A DNA stretch of 64,000 nucleotides from Acidobacteriota bacterium (GTDB lineage: Bacteria; Acidobacteriota; Terriglobia; Terriglobales; SCQP01). The DNA is taken from NCBI GenBank assembly GCA_021818955.1, contig JAKASR010000002.1:9169-73168 (forward strand), written 5' to 3'. The first letter of the stretch is position 1. Each line of letters starts with the position of its first letter. The notes below the pieces were generated by a model. That model was not told the origin of the DNA. It saw only the letters and a list, made by a program, of their open reading frames with translations, and made no database searches. The translations under genes were made by a program, and so were the position numbers. Below are positions 62,033 through 64,000 of this stretch, one piece after another.

Positions 62033-63138
62033 TGCCCTCTGCCGGGAAAGGAAGCAAGCTGGACCTTATGACCTCGCCTCCCCTGCTCGCCTCGCCAGCG
62101 CGCGTCAAGCGCAACGGCGCCGCCCGGCTCCGCCCGGCCGCGGCTCCCCCCGCCCCACGCCCGCATACGCCCAATGGCGCGAAAGCCATCCTGCCCCGCC
62201 TTGCCGTCGGCGATTTCCTCGATATTGCCGACCTCCGGCGGGAGGACTTTTTCCGCCTGCTCGACCTCGCCACCACGCTGAAAGCCGGACGCGCCCGCTA
62301 TCGCCGCCTGCTCGAAGGCCGCGGCCTGGCGATGATCTTCGAGAAGCCCTCGCTCCGCACCCGGGTCACCTTCGACGTGGCCATGCAGGAATTGGGCGGG
62401 TATGCCGTCTTCCTCGATTTCACCGACTCGCCCCTGGGCGAGCGCGAAGACATTGTGGACGTCGCGCGCAATCTCGAACTCTGGCTGCACGGCATCGTCG
62501 CCCGCACCTTCGAGCACGCTTCCATCCAGTTACTCGCCGATTCCGCCCACATTCCGGTGATCAACGGCCTCAGCGATCTGAGCCATCCCTGCCAGGCGCT
62601 CGCCGACTTTCTCACCTTGCGGGAAACTTTTGGCGATTTCCGCGCCGGCCGCCGCGCTCTCAAACTGGCCTATGTCGGGGACGGCAACAATACCTTGCAT
62701 TCGCTGATGCAAGCGGCCGCGCTCGCCGGCATCGAGATGAGCGTGGCCACCCCCGCCGGTTACGAGCCGCAGCCGGCGATTGTTCAAGCCTGCCAGGAAG
62801 TCGGCCGCACCACCGGCGCGCGGCTTGAACTGCACAATAAAGTCGCGCCCGCGGTGCGCCGCGCCGCCGCCATTTACACCGATACCTGGGCCAGCATGGG
62901 CCAGGAGGCCGAAGCCACCCAGCGCGCGCGCGATTTCGCCGACTTTCAAGTCAACGAAGCGGTGATGGCCAAGGCCGCTGCCGGCGCCCGTTTTATGCAT
63001 TGCCTGCCGGCTCACCGCGGCCAGGAAGTCACCAGCGGGGTCATCGATTCGCCGCAATCGCTGGTCTATCGGCAGGCGGAAAACCGCCTGCACGCCCAAA
63101 AAGCCATCCTCGCCGCCCTGCTCGGCGCCGGCGCCTGA
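62032..63138 (+). CDS. argF: Ornithine carbamoyltransferase
   Basis: FEKPSLRTR, HPCQ, DTWASMG, HCLP, QAENR; start may be ATG 62068. Confidence 0.93.
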   Translation: MPSAGKGSKLDLMTSPPLLASPARVKRNGAARLRPAAAPPAPRPHTPNGAKAILPRLAVGDFLDIADLRREDFFRLLDLATTLKAGRARYRRLLEGRGLAMIFEKPSLRTRVTFDVAMQELGGYAVFLDFTDSPLGEREDIVDVARNLELWLHGIVARTFEHASIQLLADSAHIPVINGLSDLSHPCQALADFLTLRETFGDFRAGRRALKLAYVGDGNNTLHSLMQAAALAGIEMSVATPAGYEPQPAIVQACQEVGRTTGARLELHNKVAPAVRRAAAIYTDTWASMGQEAEATQRARDFADFQVNEAVMAKAAAGARFMHCLPAHRGQEVTSGVIDSPQSLVYRQAENRLHAQKAILAALLGAGA

Positions 63139-63167
63139 TTCCAATCTCATTCCCAAAGGACGTTTTC

Positions 63168-64000
<833 letters not shown>

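Noticed and set aside
62032-63138. N-acetylornithine carbamoyltransferase because of SLRT
   Set aside because: The DxxxSMG ornithine-binding motif and HCLP are those of ordinary ornithine carbamoyltransferase

Overview
GC-rich bacterial chromosomal segment, most likely Acidobacteriota (inferred from the PadR plus ADOP-type permeases, tandem ABC ATPases and protein style). It has about 58 protein genes. I saw no rRNA, tRNA, CRISPR array, transposase or integrase. Contents in order: an efflux operon (adaptor, two ABC ATPases, TolC) with a probable sigma54 promoter; dapD, dapA and dapB, collinear but split by a PadR-ADOP-ADOP block and a hydroxyproline catabolic operon; an isobutyryl-CoA-mutase-like pair; a LarA-family protein; a ketosynthase; leuCD; a methyltransferase/kinase pair; rsbW-rsbV-cdaA-cdaR-glmM; TonB plus a degenerate M48 protein; prmC; an ACP-like protein lacking its serine; dprA-topA; trpCFBA-chorismate mutase-aroF; a heavy-metal RND system; fmt; and argR-argF-argG with ARG boxes. 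Best candidates for something new: (1) a four-copy intergenic element whose variation supports a minus-strand UUCG-capped RNA hairpin and which sits at the junctions of the split dap region; (2) a small Cys/His leader ORF followed by a hairpin over the ribosome-binding site of the metal-efflux operon, a possible ribosome-stalling metal sensor; (3) an ACP-like protein with Ser replaced by Glu and a poly-Lys tail. All calls were made by eye, without database searches.
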